Assembly: GCA_030141605.1 (NCBI GenBank)
Contig: JAQGDQ010000292.1
Location: 230,263-294,262, forward strand
Direction: 5' to 3'
Length of the DNA: 64,000 nucleotides
From: Tubiluchus corallicola
Taxonomy: Eukaryota > Animalia > Priapulida
A program made the translations under genes and the position numbers. Below the pieces are notes generated by a model. That model worked only from the letters and a program-made list of their open reading frames with translations, did not search any database and was not told where the DNA came from. Shown one piece after another: positions 1 to 11,830 of this stretch; the stretch's first letter is position 1; each line of letters starts with the position of its first letter.

Positions 1-79
1 GATGTACCCTGGATTTTAATGCGCAATTTACAGTTCGTTGAATAATATCCAGATTTATAGTTATCTCGATGTTATGAAA

Positions 80-325
80 CTATGTTATGTTTAAAGCCGC
101 GGCAGATCTGCATTGGTGGTACACTGGCCCAGACTGTATTGCTCCTAGACTATAACAATGCATCTATAATAAGTATTTAACAAGCAAAACCAAGAAATTG
201 TACTAACTTCCATAATGTGCATGATCCGATCCAAGTCCACCGTGTTTGGAATCAGTAAAATCAAGTTCAACGCTGCTGACACTACTTAGAGAAAATCGAC
301 CAGGCTTGATCGTTGGTGAACTCAT
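80..325 (-). CDS. Putative small two-exon ORF (60 aa) or first coding exon of a gene continuing left of the window
   Basis: ATG at 325-323 in ACAATGA context, with a polypyrimidine-AG acceptor upstream at about 357. Exon 325-208 reads MSSPTIKPGRFSLSSVSSVELDFTDSKHGGLGSDHAHYG, then donor GTTAGT at 207. A CTAG acceptor at 145 gives RAIQSGPVYHQCRSAAALNIT* (144-80). No homology recognised. Confidence 0.3.
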
Positions 326-952
326 TGTTATTTAATCAATAACATTATTGATGATCTAAAAAATAACCACATCCATTTCACAAAGTTTGGTGGTCAGCGT
401 ACGCAACTTTCTGCTGGAAATTTTGCAACTACGTGTCCACTCTCCACTGAGAACTTAACCCGCTGGGTCAGTGATAACGGGCGTACGTGTAGACAGCAGT
501 GAACACAGTTCGCGCTACGCAGTTAAAACTTGTTCGAATTTCATTTCCTGTGTTACTGATTCTACGCAATCTAGGGATATTACAGCAGGTCATGGGCGTT
601 ACACACATTCATCACTGCAGTAATAGATAGTATTGCGCAAGTTTTCTTACTTAAAAAAGCTGTGGTTTAAACAAAAACAATGAAACTTTCTAATCAATCA
701 GAAAGGGCCGCAGTAACCAAGAATAAATATTGAAAATGCAAATTTCCATTGCACTATATGAATACATTATGTATGAATACAGTGTAATTATGTAATAATA
801 TAATTATGATATGTTGTAATTTGCTATATTACAAAATAATATACAAGTTCAAACATTGCTTAATGTAAAATCTGTATTAAAGGACGTCTAAATGCAGTAA
901 ATTACGCGTCAGAACATTTCTTCAGAGCAGTTTCCTATGCAGAAGGGTGTGC

Positions 953-1163
953 AGACATTTGGGTACAAGATGCTTTACCACAAAACTTTTGGACACACAA
1001 GTCATTTGGACATATAGCGTATTTGGATACATAGGTAATTTGAACCACAGATTCCTTTGGACACAGGCTATTTGGACACATAGGGAATTTGGACACAATA
1101 TGATTTGTACAAATAGGACGTTTTGCACAAGATGGGGCATTTCTAATATGAGGGATTTAGACA
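953..1163. repeat. Degenerate array of about 15-17 nt units ((c)atttggacaca-like), MITE subterminal-repeat type
   Basis: About 10 copies of tttggacaca/tttggataca/tttgaaccac/tttgtacaaa separated by short spacers. Confidence 0.6.
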
Positions 1164-2399
1164 CGTGTAGCTTATCAATCACTATTCAACAATGACGACG
1201 CTTAATAATTTGATAAGAAAGCATTGAAGATTTATTCACAGAAGCTATTTACTCTGTAACAAAGTCAAAATAACATAACTTCTAAAAGAGTGCAAACTCT
1301 ACAAGAAATGCCGCTCAAATTCACAAAAAAGTAGCCAAGCATATTGCTTTCAGGGAATCTGTGATTGCAGATACAGCATGCGGTGTTGGTAACTATGGAG
1401 ATAATGCTGTTCAAAATTAATTCGTATCTGTGGTTAGTCAAGTAAAATTATTCATCACATGCCAAACAATATCTGCTAAAATGTTTTTGTTGCCCATTTT
1501 AATGATCTGTAGTTATGGAGCCCCTAAAGAGACACAAGAAAAAAATTTAGTCATTCCCTCCGAGTTACTAAGTCGTTCCCCCAAGTTATTAAGACATTAC
1601 CCCGAGTTAGTAACAGTATTGCATTGTAAATACATATACATTCGTTCATTTGTTTATTGACCATTTCCTCTGCCCAAGAAATTAAGACCGTGACAGTTCA
1701 CTTAAGTAGTAAAGCAACATATATATGTCCAAAGGACCGTTTTGAAAGGTTTGCATACCCTTTGTCTTCTACGGAGGTGATATTGGTTGATGGTATCGTC
1801 TTCAAATTTTCCACTAAAAGCATTTATATTTAAATGACCATTTTTGACCAAGGTTACTGCCCTCTACTTATCATACACTTACATGTTTCGTCTATCGAAC
1901 ATCCCAATATTTCCTTTACTATATACACTAAATATTATTTGGAGAACAGCAAGTTAATGTGTCAGTGTTAATATTAGGTGCTAAGATGTTTGAGTTATTT
2001 CTACACGTTGAATATTTAAAATATTTCCAAAATTACAACCTTTTCTATTACTACTAGGTCGAGTAGCAAAAGTAGTATAAAAATTTCCAAAATTACAACC
2101 TCTTACATCTACTACTACTAGGCGTAGTGGAAATAGTATAATAAAAAATTTGCAATTTTTACATGTAAGCTTGCTGAGAACTGCACACATTTGCTAGAGT
2201 ATACAATGCTAGGACATTCGGCAGGGAGTCCATGAACAGATTTTCATTTTTTCCACACATTTTTGCTTTGTCACCAATCCCTTGGCATGTGTGGCAATTA
2301 ATGGATGTGCTATGGTAGTATAAAAATGGACACAAACTACTTTGATATGACCAGGTTTGGGAGTACTCCAATTCCATAGCAGCTTACTCGTTTCCCTTA

Positions 2400-3260
2400 T
2401 GATCTGTTGCTACCAAAGGCGGTTATGCCAGAGTGTTGGTTTCTGTTCTCATGTTCATACCTTGCTGGTTTTGATTATTGCATCACTAAAATCATGTTGC
2501 GCTGAGTGCTCCTCATTCCGGTAGTATCGTAATCTGTTTACCGTTAGTTCTGAATGTGCGGCTGCAATATTATTGATGAGCTTATCGGTCCCTTTTTTCA
2601 ATGAGTGCATAATATCATACAACAAGGATGATGAAAACTTTTGGCAAAATTTTTTATGCTTTTATAACTTCAAATACAAGTGTTCCAATATCAGCCATTT
2701 CCACTGTGTTTGAGTCCTTCAGCATTTCTTAAAGTGCAACCATTTATTGATCAGATTGTTGAATCACCTAGAATCAGATGTTTCAGCTTATCAATCACTT
2801 GTTCTCCGCCTGAAGTGCCAGAACTGCATAGCATCTCGATTTCACTTTTTATTGTGTCGTTTTCTCTCTCTTTCACTACAGCTGATTAAGGTATTTGTTA
2901 CGTCATCTTTTAGGGCTGGTACCTGTTTCGAATTTATTTCCAGAGTAGTACCTTGGAAATTAAAACCTCTTTTAATAGCTGCAGCACTTGACAGAGGTAA
3001 TTTAATTTCTCCAATATCGTTTGGCATCTGACGGCATGCTGCCAGGGCATACCCAGCAACTTCTTGTAGCAATGTTACCAGTAATGTCAACACACAAGCA
3101 ATGGCACCATCGCCCACATTTACAGCACTCAATCATCTTAACTCTCTCTCCATTTCTACCTGATGAACAGGTTTCTAAACAACAATTTTCCCATGAACGA
3201 ACTTGGCCTGGAAACGGCCTCTCGGGGTTGCAGTCTGTGTGAGACATACCGAGGGTTTTA
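2400..3260 (-). pseudogene. Degraded PHD-finger-containing ORF, probably a retrotransposon ORF1 remnant
   Basis: ORF 3002-3469 ends in MIECCKCGRWCHCLCVDI...WVCPGS (C4HC3-like PHD pattern). It continues by frameshift into ORF 2842-3132 and then stop-ridden sequence; no splice structure. Confidence 0.4.
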
Positions 3261-4659
3261 TAGCAAATGTTCAGGGCACAGTAGATTCTCTGTTTGAGCA
3301 ATACTTTGATGCAATAAATAGTTCTGTTCTTAGTATTACGCATTTGTCCATACCCCCCCCCCCGGAACCAAACCACAATATACACTATAATACAATATAC
3401 CATTACCCAGAATGGTAGATCTGACTGATTAAGTAACTTAGCTACAAGTACGAGTAACGTGGTCGTCAACTCAAGTTCTTTTACTTAGACTTTGCAGTTA
3501 AGGGCGCAAGTTCTTAAAAACCGGGTGCTCATAGTTATACACAAAAAAGTTAAACAAATATAAAAAATAATTTTATCACACAAAGACTGATACCTTCTTG
3601 GAACAACCTTAAGAAAGCTTTATTCGCACATTTAAAAAAACGTTTGAAGCTGAGATATCAACGATGACGAGCAACACCATCAATAATTAGTGATATTTAA
3701 ATGATACAGTGAATTTATAACCTACTCACGTAACAAGATATGCCAACTGCCAGTTACCTGCACTTAAAAGATATGACTCCCACATTACACTTTCAACAAA
3801 AGATTAAAATAAAGCAATAAAATAACTTCAAAGACGAGCAACTTTACTAAATCTACCAAAAACTGTCAAACCGAAAACAGCGGTAAAATAGCATGGTATT
3901 GTGGGATATACGTTACAAAGGAGCAAAAGGACTATCAACAATTATGTACAATGTCTACAATTCACTACCAGTTTATTTTCCGCATCCAATCTGGTTATAA
4001 ACCATAGATTTAAATGCCACACACGCAATTTTCAGCTAACGCCACCCAGGCACCTACACTAGCTACTGTCAGCTGAATTGAAAATAACTGATTAAATTGT
4101 GCTTCTCTATTTTGAAATGACAGCAGTGCTATAATTGTAGATTTATTTTTTCAAATTAGTGCCAATAGGCAATAAGCACGGCGGCATTAATTTCTCCTAA
4201 AATGTTAACATACAGCATTAATCGTAAACTATATCAAAGTTTACTCTTTAGATCCTGCCCATTGCTAAGATCTAGAAATGTTTTAGAAATACCATGCCAA
4301 AACTGCTGAAACCTACTCTATGTACACTTTTATTGGAGAGTGTACCAACTTTGCCATTTGCGTCTACTAGGCCTAACACACTCCCCTTTCCAAAAACTAC
4401 ATGCAAGTTATACACATAATACCTTCCTTTCAGTCCCTCCTTTTGCTTGTATCTGATTGCTTTCGTCATGCCATTTGCAATATTCCTCTGAATTTGATTA
4501 TCCAAGTCCAGCAAGCCTTGGGGTAGAGAATTTATTTAATTAAGTGGTACATAATGATTAATATAATTTCAGCTATGGTATGCAGAGTACAAAAAAATAA
4601 ATACAATAATAGATCAATTGAACAGAACAATTTATTATGTCAAAAAAATCCTGGATCAG

Positions 4660-4790
4660 TAGAGCAACTATCATGAATTAGTGTGAAAGCCTCCACGGAT
4701 TGCACAGAAGCAATCTTGAAGGGTATGATCAGAGCAAATTGAACGGAACGGCCTAGAAATTGACCGGCCGCAACACTGCAGAATACAACC
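4660..4790 (-). mobile_element. Possible CR1/L2-type LINE 3' end fragment
   Basis: One minus frame gives IPFKIASVQSVEAF, resembling the C-terminal '..LP..I....S...FK' motif of CR1-group ORF2; AATAAA lies downstream on the minus strand near 4635. Confidence 0.25.
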
Positions 4791-5730
4791 GACCTATTCT
4801 GAAAAACAGAGCAAATGCTAGCCGCTCAGCTTAGCATACTCAAGGTGCTTTCTAGTCTTTTGAAGGGTCCTTATGCTTACTGTGAGAAATTACAGAAACT
4901 GTAACTTCAGACACTAACAAGTAGCAACATGCAGAGTTAGCTATAACCTGTAACTGGAGTTTTTAAATGACATTGACATCACCACAAATAATGAAAGCAC
5001 AGGTAAAATATAACACAAACGGGCAAGGCTAGAGATATGTAGGAACTTCTGTTCCTAATGAGTACTAAACCACTGTAACAAACTATATCACACGCCACAA
5101 TTGATGCTGCAAACATAAATAAATATAATAACAAAACAGGGTCACAAACATTGAAGAAGTGGAGGGAGAAAAATCTGGGATCCTTCTGTAATGGCTTCAG
5201 TCTTGTCAAACATAATACTTCTAAGCCTTTTATAGCTCTTTATACTAGGTCTTTCAAGATATTTGTTTTGTTTCTAACTGTATCAACGCTTTAGTCAGGG
5301 GTCTCAAACAGATTTTCCAGATAGAAAATTTTTAATCCAAGTGCCTTAGTTCATATTTCATGCCACATTTAATTCTTATCATGACATTCCAATTCCCTAT
5401 ACCAAAACCTTACTGCATCATATTTGTTTAATAACACACTTTTACCGTTGTATCATCACCTGTATGAATTAGATGATGACAGACACCTTTTTAATTTCAG
5501 TTTTGCTTCTAGCTCCACCGGCAACTCATACCCAATATCGTGTCAGTTTCTGCCAACTCAAAATTTTTGCTAATACATTATCGTTTTAAATATTTTTTAG
5601 TACATTTAGTTCCCTTTATGTTAGGCTGGTACTTGTTAATGGAATGCCAATGCAGTTGGGTTATGGGCCCGTAGTCAAATATAAAAATGCAAATTGAATA
5701 AAGCATTAAAAATCTAAGTTGATTAGACAT

Positions 5731-6876
5731 CAGTGGCGGCTCTTAGCTAGAATTAGTGGAGGTGCTGCTTCAGAAAACTTTTAGCCATTGTTTTAATACT
5801 GTGTAAAATGTTAGAAACATATGTAATTTTAATGCTCTAGTTATATTTGAAGATCAGGTGTTGAACAACCTATTTCCTTAACTGCAACTTTCTCATGGAG
5901 AGACAATTGTGAAAAATTAAACTGTTGTAGTTCACTTACAGTCACAAAACTTATTTCTTGGGGATGCAAGGCGTTCATTATTAAACAATTTATGTTTTAA
6001 ACACACACTGCTAAGTTTAGACTTTATCACAGCCAAGAATACGACGGCACACGGTAAGAATGTCGCAAATGAAACTGTGTTCGGAGACAGTACTTTTCTA
6101 CCTTGCAGCAGATGGTAGCATACAGCATGTTATCTCAGATATGTGCGCATGGCCGCAGGTGCACAACAGTCAAACACCAAGTTGCTTGGGCTGCGAAACA
6201 AACTGTACTTCCCTCACATGCTCTGGTTCCACAGAAGTATAAAAAAAAGAACTAAAGAAAAGAGACTTATTACAGTCAACCTTGGGTATAATGCATTCGC
6301 TTATAAAGGACCACCAACATCGGTCCCGATTTTTCGTAATGTTTTTCCTTATAAAAATCTTTGTATACAAGGTAGTTGGATATAAGGGATGATATCTTCA
6401 GGTCCTGCATAATAGAAACCCAGGTAAATTACCTTGCATATAAAGGACCCTATGATCAAATATTTTCTACATTCTAAAAAGCCTATGCCGAGACTCTGCG
6501 CGGGCCCGACTGTATTCCCTTGGACTAGTAGTAGTCTTCCCTTGGACCTGGTAGTTCCAGGAGCCAATCACAATGTCCCATATAAATTAAGCAGCAGATG
6601 GTGATTGGCCGATGAGCTGATCAACCAGCTTGGCGAAAACTTTCCGGGTAATTTTTTTCCTCTGTGATCGTAGTACAGTGCCATTGTTCAGTTCAAGACG
6701 ATTGGATGTGTTTGCATTAAATCAGTATATTACACACGTTGCGACAAATGGTTGATTGGGCGATATTCTACCGCAGGTGTGATATCCCCTCGGTCTGACT
6801 CAGCTTCGACTATAAGGGACATCGGATATTAGGGACGATTTTTTTCGTTCTGGAGGTGTCCGAGGAGCCGACACTA
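5731..6876 (+). mobile_element. Non-autonomous hAT-type element (copy 1), interrupted by a nested TA-target MITE
   Basis: TIRs cagtggcggctc / gagccgacacta; 8-bp TSD ttagacat (5723-5730) / gtagacat (6877-6884). 5731-6272 aligns with the reverse complement of the 19024-19630 element. Confidence 0.8.
6273..6860 (+). mobile_element. Tc1/mariner-pogo-like MITE nested in the hAT element (right end lost)
   Basis: Starts TA|CAGTCAACCTT..TATAA with repeated tataagggac/tataaaggacc subterminal motifs. Absent from the 19024-19630 copy at the homologous TA. Confidence 0.6.
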
Positions 6877-7694
6877 GTAGACATACTATAATTCGAATCA
6901 ATATGTGAACTTGCACTATATTATACTATTGTGTCATATACAATTCACTGTTCACTCTATATGTGCACAATAGTGTACTAAATTTTACACCACCTTATAC
7001 TTATACTATGTCTCTTTCCGTACATTAGTTCTTGCTTTGCATCTTTGTACTACAAATATATTTTCACCAGTACTCTACCAACAGTTTTATAGTAAATCAA
7101 ACTTTTATCAAAAAGTTTGGCATAGCAGTACACGTAAATTAAAAGGTCATTTATGTGAAGAATATTACTAATGAGAAAGTAGATTAAAAGATAAAAAATG
7201 CAAAAGAAATCAATCTAATGAAGTCTAATAAAAGAGCTCTAAATTTTAATCACAATTCACAACAGTTTTTATTTTACATCTGTTAAATTATTCCATGATC
7301 AATGAAAGTCATGAGTTCTGTATCATGCATGAAAGCTATACCAGTATAATTGCTGTCCAAAGCAAATATAGACTGTCTGGCATTTATGACTAAATTGTAA
7401 CTTAAATAATAAATTTTGCAGTTGTACAAATTTAGCATGGTTCTATGTGAATGCACAAGTTGCTGCAAAATAAGCCTATAATTCTGTCTTGCAACATAAC
7501 TAGAAAGCAGCTAATTATTACAATAAAACTATCAGCACAAGCTAACACACCATTGATTTTATATGCTCAACAGAAGTAATTATAAAGTCTATAAAACAAT
7601 ATTTAAAAAAACAGAAACAAAAACAGCTTTACTGATACACAGACACTGTATAAATTATGCAACAGTTTGCATATTATATTCGATAGGTCAGCAG

Positions 7695-8504
7695 TCAAGA
7701 AGAGGATTTCCAAAACTTGCCACTTCCTCGCAAACCCTTTGCCTTTGAAACCTTTTTGGTTGGCTTCTCTTGTTGGCTCACTGAAGGTTGAGCACTGTCA
7801 ACCACCATGGTTTCTTCATACTCTTGTGCCTGCGCTTTTAGCGTCTTCTTTATATTAGCCACTTCTGTTTCTATTTTTACGCGCGTGTTGCTGTAATGTT
7901 CTTTCTGCATGTTAGCTTTCTTCACCTGAGCTTCAATATTTGCAAGTGTTATTTCAGATGCATCACACCACTCTTGAAGAATGTTGATGATAGAAGGCAA
8001 AACTTCAGGACGCACATCTCTGCCAATTGTGTAGTCGACTTCCAAATGTTGATTTTTTAAATCAAGTTTGCCATGAATAATATCTGCATATATAGCTTCT
8101 ATAATTAGGTCTTCCAGTTCTCTAACGTTACCAATATCCAGTTCTTCCAAGAGTGCAGTATATGGGATGTACTTAGACTTGTTAGCTAAGGACACTACAG
8201 TAAGATGCTTCAACTTTTTAATCTGTACAGGTGTTAGTTCAGGAAGGTTTCCCTTTTGTTCTTTATATTCACCATAAGTACCAAATGAGAATAAACAGAG
8301 TAGCTGAAGGTAACCTTTATGAAGATGTACATCACTTTCACCTAATTCCTGAATATTTGGCATATCAAGAAGTTCTCCAAAAACATACACACCAGGAGCA
8401 TCCAGCACTTGTTTTATCAATTCCACAGCTGCAGCTCCTTTAGCAGACTTCGCAAGCAGCACAAATTGCTCAAGCACGTGAGTCATTGATTTTTCCATGA
8501 CCAT
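7695..8504 (-). CDS. COPS7: COP9 signalosome complex subunit 7 (PCI domain), single coding exon, 269 aa
   Basis: LEQFVLLAKSAKGAAAVELIKQVLDAPGVYVFGELLDMPNIQEL and NVRELEDLIIEAIYADIIHGKLD..NQHLEVDYTIGRD and C-terminal KAKGLRGSGK match CSN7. A 5'-UTR intron acceptor lies at about 8568-8569 and a minus-strand AATAAA at 7268-7273. Confidence 0.97.
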   Translation of the reverse strand: MVMEKSMTHVLEQFVLLAKSAKGAAAVELIKQVLDAPGVYVFGELLDMPNIQELGESDVHLHKGYLQLLCLFSFGTYGEYKEQKGNLPELTPVQIKKLKHLTVVSLANKSKYIPYTALLEELDIGNVRELEDLIIEAIYADIIHGKLDLKNQHLEVDYTIGRDVRPEVLPSIINILQEWCDASEITLANIEAQVKKANMQKEHYSNTRVKIETEVANIKKTLKAQAQEYEETMVVDSAQPSVSQQEKPTKKVSKAKGLRGSGKFWKSSS

Positions 8505-8585
8505 CAGAAAACGTCAATTTTCAGTGTGCGAAAATATCGTAGGAACTAGCTTAATGACGAAAAATGCTACAAAAATAAAAAAAAT

Positions 8586-9133
8586 GTCAGTTGCTCACAA
8601 CTCTATATTATATTTCATAAAGCCTGTTCAAAGGTACAATAGTGTACAATTAGCGATAACAAAACGAACAAGTTAAATGCTACGTCATTATTAAAAAAAA
8701 TTGTAAATAAATATTGGAATCTTGATCAGAACCTAAATGAGGTGGTCACTTTCTTTTGGCTAATTTGGCTTCAAATTGCTAATCAATTACTGACCTGTTC
8801 CTCCATACCAAAATGCTGAAAGTTTGATTATAACAGTTAAGATATTTATCAATTACTATCAGAGCTTACAAGTTGCGATCAGCCAAAAAGTGAAATTCCA
8901 GCAATATTGTCAGTTGGTCACAGCTCCATGTTATGTTCCACAAGAATTATTCAAAGCTACATTAGTGTACAGTTAATGATAACAGAATAAGCAAGTAATT
9001 AAATTTTTAAAAACAAAAGTACTAGAAAATAAAAAAATACTTAAATATTAAAGCTGGAACAAAACTTGAGGTCACTTTATTCTGAGTAAGTTTGTCTTCA
9101 AAAAGTTAATCGATTACTGGTCTGTTCTGCCAT
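8586..9133. repeat. Diverged tandem duplication (about 220 bp x2) in the COPS7 5'-UTR intron
   Basis: 8586-8806 (tgtcagttgctcacaac...attactgacctgttcctccat) aligns with 8908-9133 (tgtcagttggtcacagc...attactggtctgttctgccat). Confidence 0.7.
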
Positions 9134-11152
9134 TTCACAATGTTTATTTTTTATTCTGTTAATGCTAATCAATATCTTACCCTTTAGACTGACTCAAAGA
9201 ACTATAGAATTGAATAATTACATGTGCACACTTTAATACTGTGGCACAAAGACAGAAGGATATAGTTCATCTATTCATAATTAGAGCACATTATATAGAG
9301 TAAGGCTAGGAAATCCATAATTCATTTTAACAGTATTTACAGATACAAAAAGCTGAAAATATGTGAGATTGGAAGATTTTTGAATGACTATATGACTTAA
9401 GTGTCAAATGCAAGTCTTATACACAATGTGAGACTTGATAGACCTAGTAATATCTTTAAATGATGTATCTAGATGAGCAGTTTAAGTAAACCAACATAAA
9501 TAAACTAACCATTTAATTTTTTGAGTTTAAACTTTTAACTTTAAGATGACCCCAATTTGTTGCACAATCGTTGCTAGTCTTCAGACTAGTCTTCATGCTC
9601 TACATATGGGCAGCATTTAGTTCGTATATAGCTGCTTAGAATTTCAGGGATATCGTGGCAGAATCGTACAAGCTTAATTTCATTGTTTAAACATTGGGCC
9701 TGCAGTTCAAATTTTTCGCGATATGATTAATCCCTTCTTATTAAATAGAGATTAGTATTAATTGAATAACTGCCCAATACTAGACCTAATTTGGCTCCTG
9801 CTCAATGGGCAAAAAATACTGTAACAAAGTAATTTACGGTAAATGGTTATTAATTACATTAGTTTCTATTTTTATTTAGCTACAACACACGTGCTAACTT
9901 TTTCTTATTTTTTATAAGGTTAAATTAAGTCCATGGTGTTGCCAATTCCACTGAATCGTAAAATTTGTAATGAAGACTCAGAAATTAATTGCTTCAATTC
10001 AATCTCACTATAAAATTTCATTGTTCATTTTTCTTAAACAGCATGTGTCCCTTGCCTAGACCATAATACACATTATCATTTTTTGTGAAAGATGATAGAG
10101 AAATTTGGGATCAACACTTTAAATTATATATGGCCATCATATCTTTAAATAGAAGTTTCCTAAAGTAAAAAGACTTCTATGAAATGTGCCGATCTGTTTT
10201 TCTTGAGTAATCGTTAAACCCCAAGTTTCGCTGTTGTACATAAATATGCGGGAAACATTAGCATTAAATAATCGACGTCTTACGTTAAGACTTAATTTCT
10301 TGTTAGTTAATACATTCTTGTGCTTAATCCAAACAGAAGAGTAAGGTCATTTTTAATAGGCGACATCTTCAGCCAAGCCCATTGAAATTTCTGTGTGCGA
10401 TTTTCGCGATCTTTCACGACTCACTTACTATTTTGTCACACGGTAAAGCTAGTGGTGAATCTGGCACAAATCAGAAAAGGGTAACTCTTGTAAAAATAAA
10501 CAACACGAAACAATAATAGCTATAAAGCATTAGAGGAGACGTTATATGTTTTTCTGAATCCATTAGCCAATCCTATAAACAATTCTGTTTTCCCAAAAAA
10601 TTCAATAGAATCAATGTGTGTATTTTTTAACAGTAACGTATTACTATTTAAATCAAATGGGTTTAACTACAAGAGCATGAGTATTCAAAAGCTAGGGAAG
10701 AACATAATGCAAGCAACTAGTTAAATATTGGTAAAGTCAGCTATTAATGTTATTAAATTTAACTAAAATTTAAGGGCTCTATGCACCTTACAGCATAAAA
10801 ACTATGTTGACGAAGTCAGGCATTGCGTGTACTTGAAACACAACCTAGAGTACAAATTTGCACATGCTAGAAAGCCACCAAATTTACAGATGAAACTCGT
10901 TATAGATAATGTTAAATTTAAATAAATTAAAAGGTTCACATAACGCAGAGACTATCAATGATTAATGGCACGTCGAGCTGCGAGCACAATTCACGTGGTA
11001 ACAAGCGAACAGATTTACGAATATAGTTAACCATGGGTATTGTTAAAATTATGCCAACTTATACGGTTAAACGATTAAGTCCACTTAATAGTATATGACT
11101 GTGCTGGCAAAATCAGGCATTACTAGTACATGTCAAGCATAAGCTGCACAAC

Positions 11153-11197
11153 AGATAGATAGTTAGTTAGATGGATGGATGGATGGATGGATGGATG

Positions 11198-11234
<37 letters not shown>
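11153..11234. repeat. Compound microsatellite (GATA/GGAT)n-(GA)n
   Basis: Directly visible. Confidence 0.95.
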
Positions 11235-11235
<1 letters not shown>

Positions 11236-11599
11236 TTTATGTTTTTGCACTGTACGCATTGCATTGTGTATTGCAATGTATATTTTGAACGAACTATTTC
11301 GCATTTTCTACTAATATAATAATTTTTAATTCACAACTCATGTTGTTTCTTTCGCAGTTCTCTAACTTGAGTGAATTTGAGGAAGTATGTTTCCAGAATA
11401 TGAGGGCTAAGTACAGAAGCAACTAAGCTGAAGCACACGTGCAGAAAAGCACTCAATGTTTTTTTAAACAAGGCACAAGAAAGTGTAGTAATTGTAATTG
11501 TAAAATAAGACACTATAATTATAAATATTTAAGTGAAGAAGATTAGAAAGAAAACTGGCAAAAGAATCACACAAAATGAATCAGATGTACTCTTTAAAC

Positions 11600-11830
11600 T
11601 ATTTTTACGGGGCCACATATTTTGCTATTAAATGAAAAATATTTTTTGGATGTGGTTTGAAGGGACTGATTAAGTGGTATATGACTAGGGAGGTTGTTCC
11701 ACAACTTGACCCCATTATATTGCAAACTGTTGAGGCCATGTTGGGTATTAAAGCTTGGCTGAAAGAACTGTCCTTCTTTTGAGGACCTCCTGTAATAAGA
11801 ATGAATATTATATATTTTAATGGATAGTTT
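11600..11830 (-). mobile_element. CR1/L2-group LINE ORF2 C-terminal fragment
   Basis: IHSYYRRSSKEGQFFQPSFNTQHGLNSLQYNGVKLWNNLP matches the H-x-Y-x-TR...G..S..Y.G.KLWN.LP motif at the end of CR1/L2 ORF2. Confidence 0.7.

Noticed and set aside
6060-6242. Two similar Cys-rich ORFs (6060-6242 and 19006-19233) suggesting a small gene family
   Set aside because: Both lie inside copies of the same hAT MITE.
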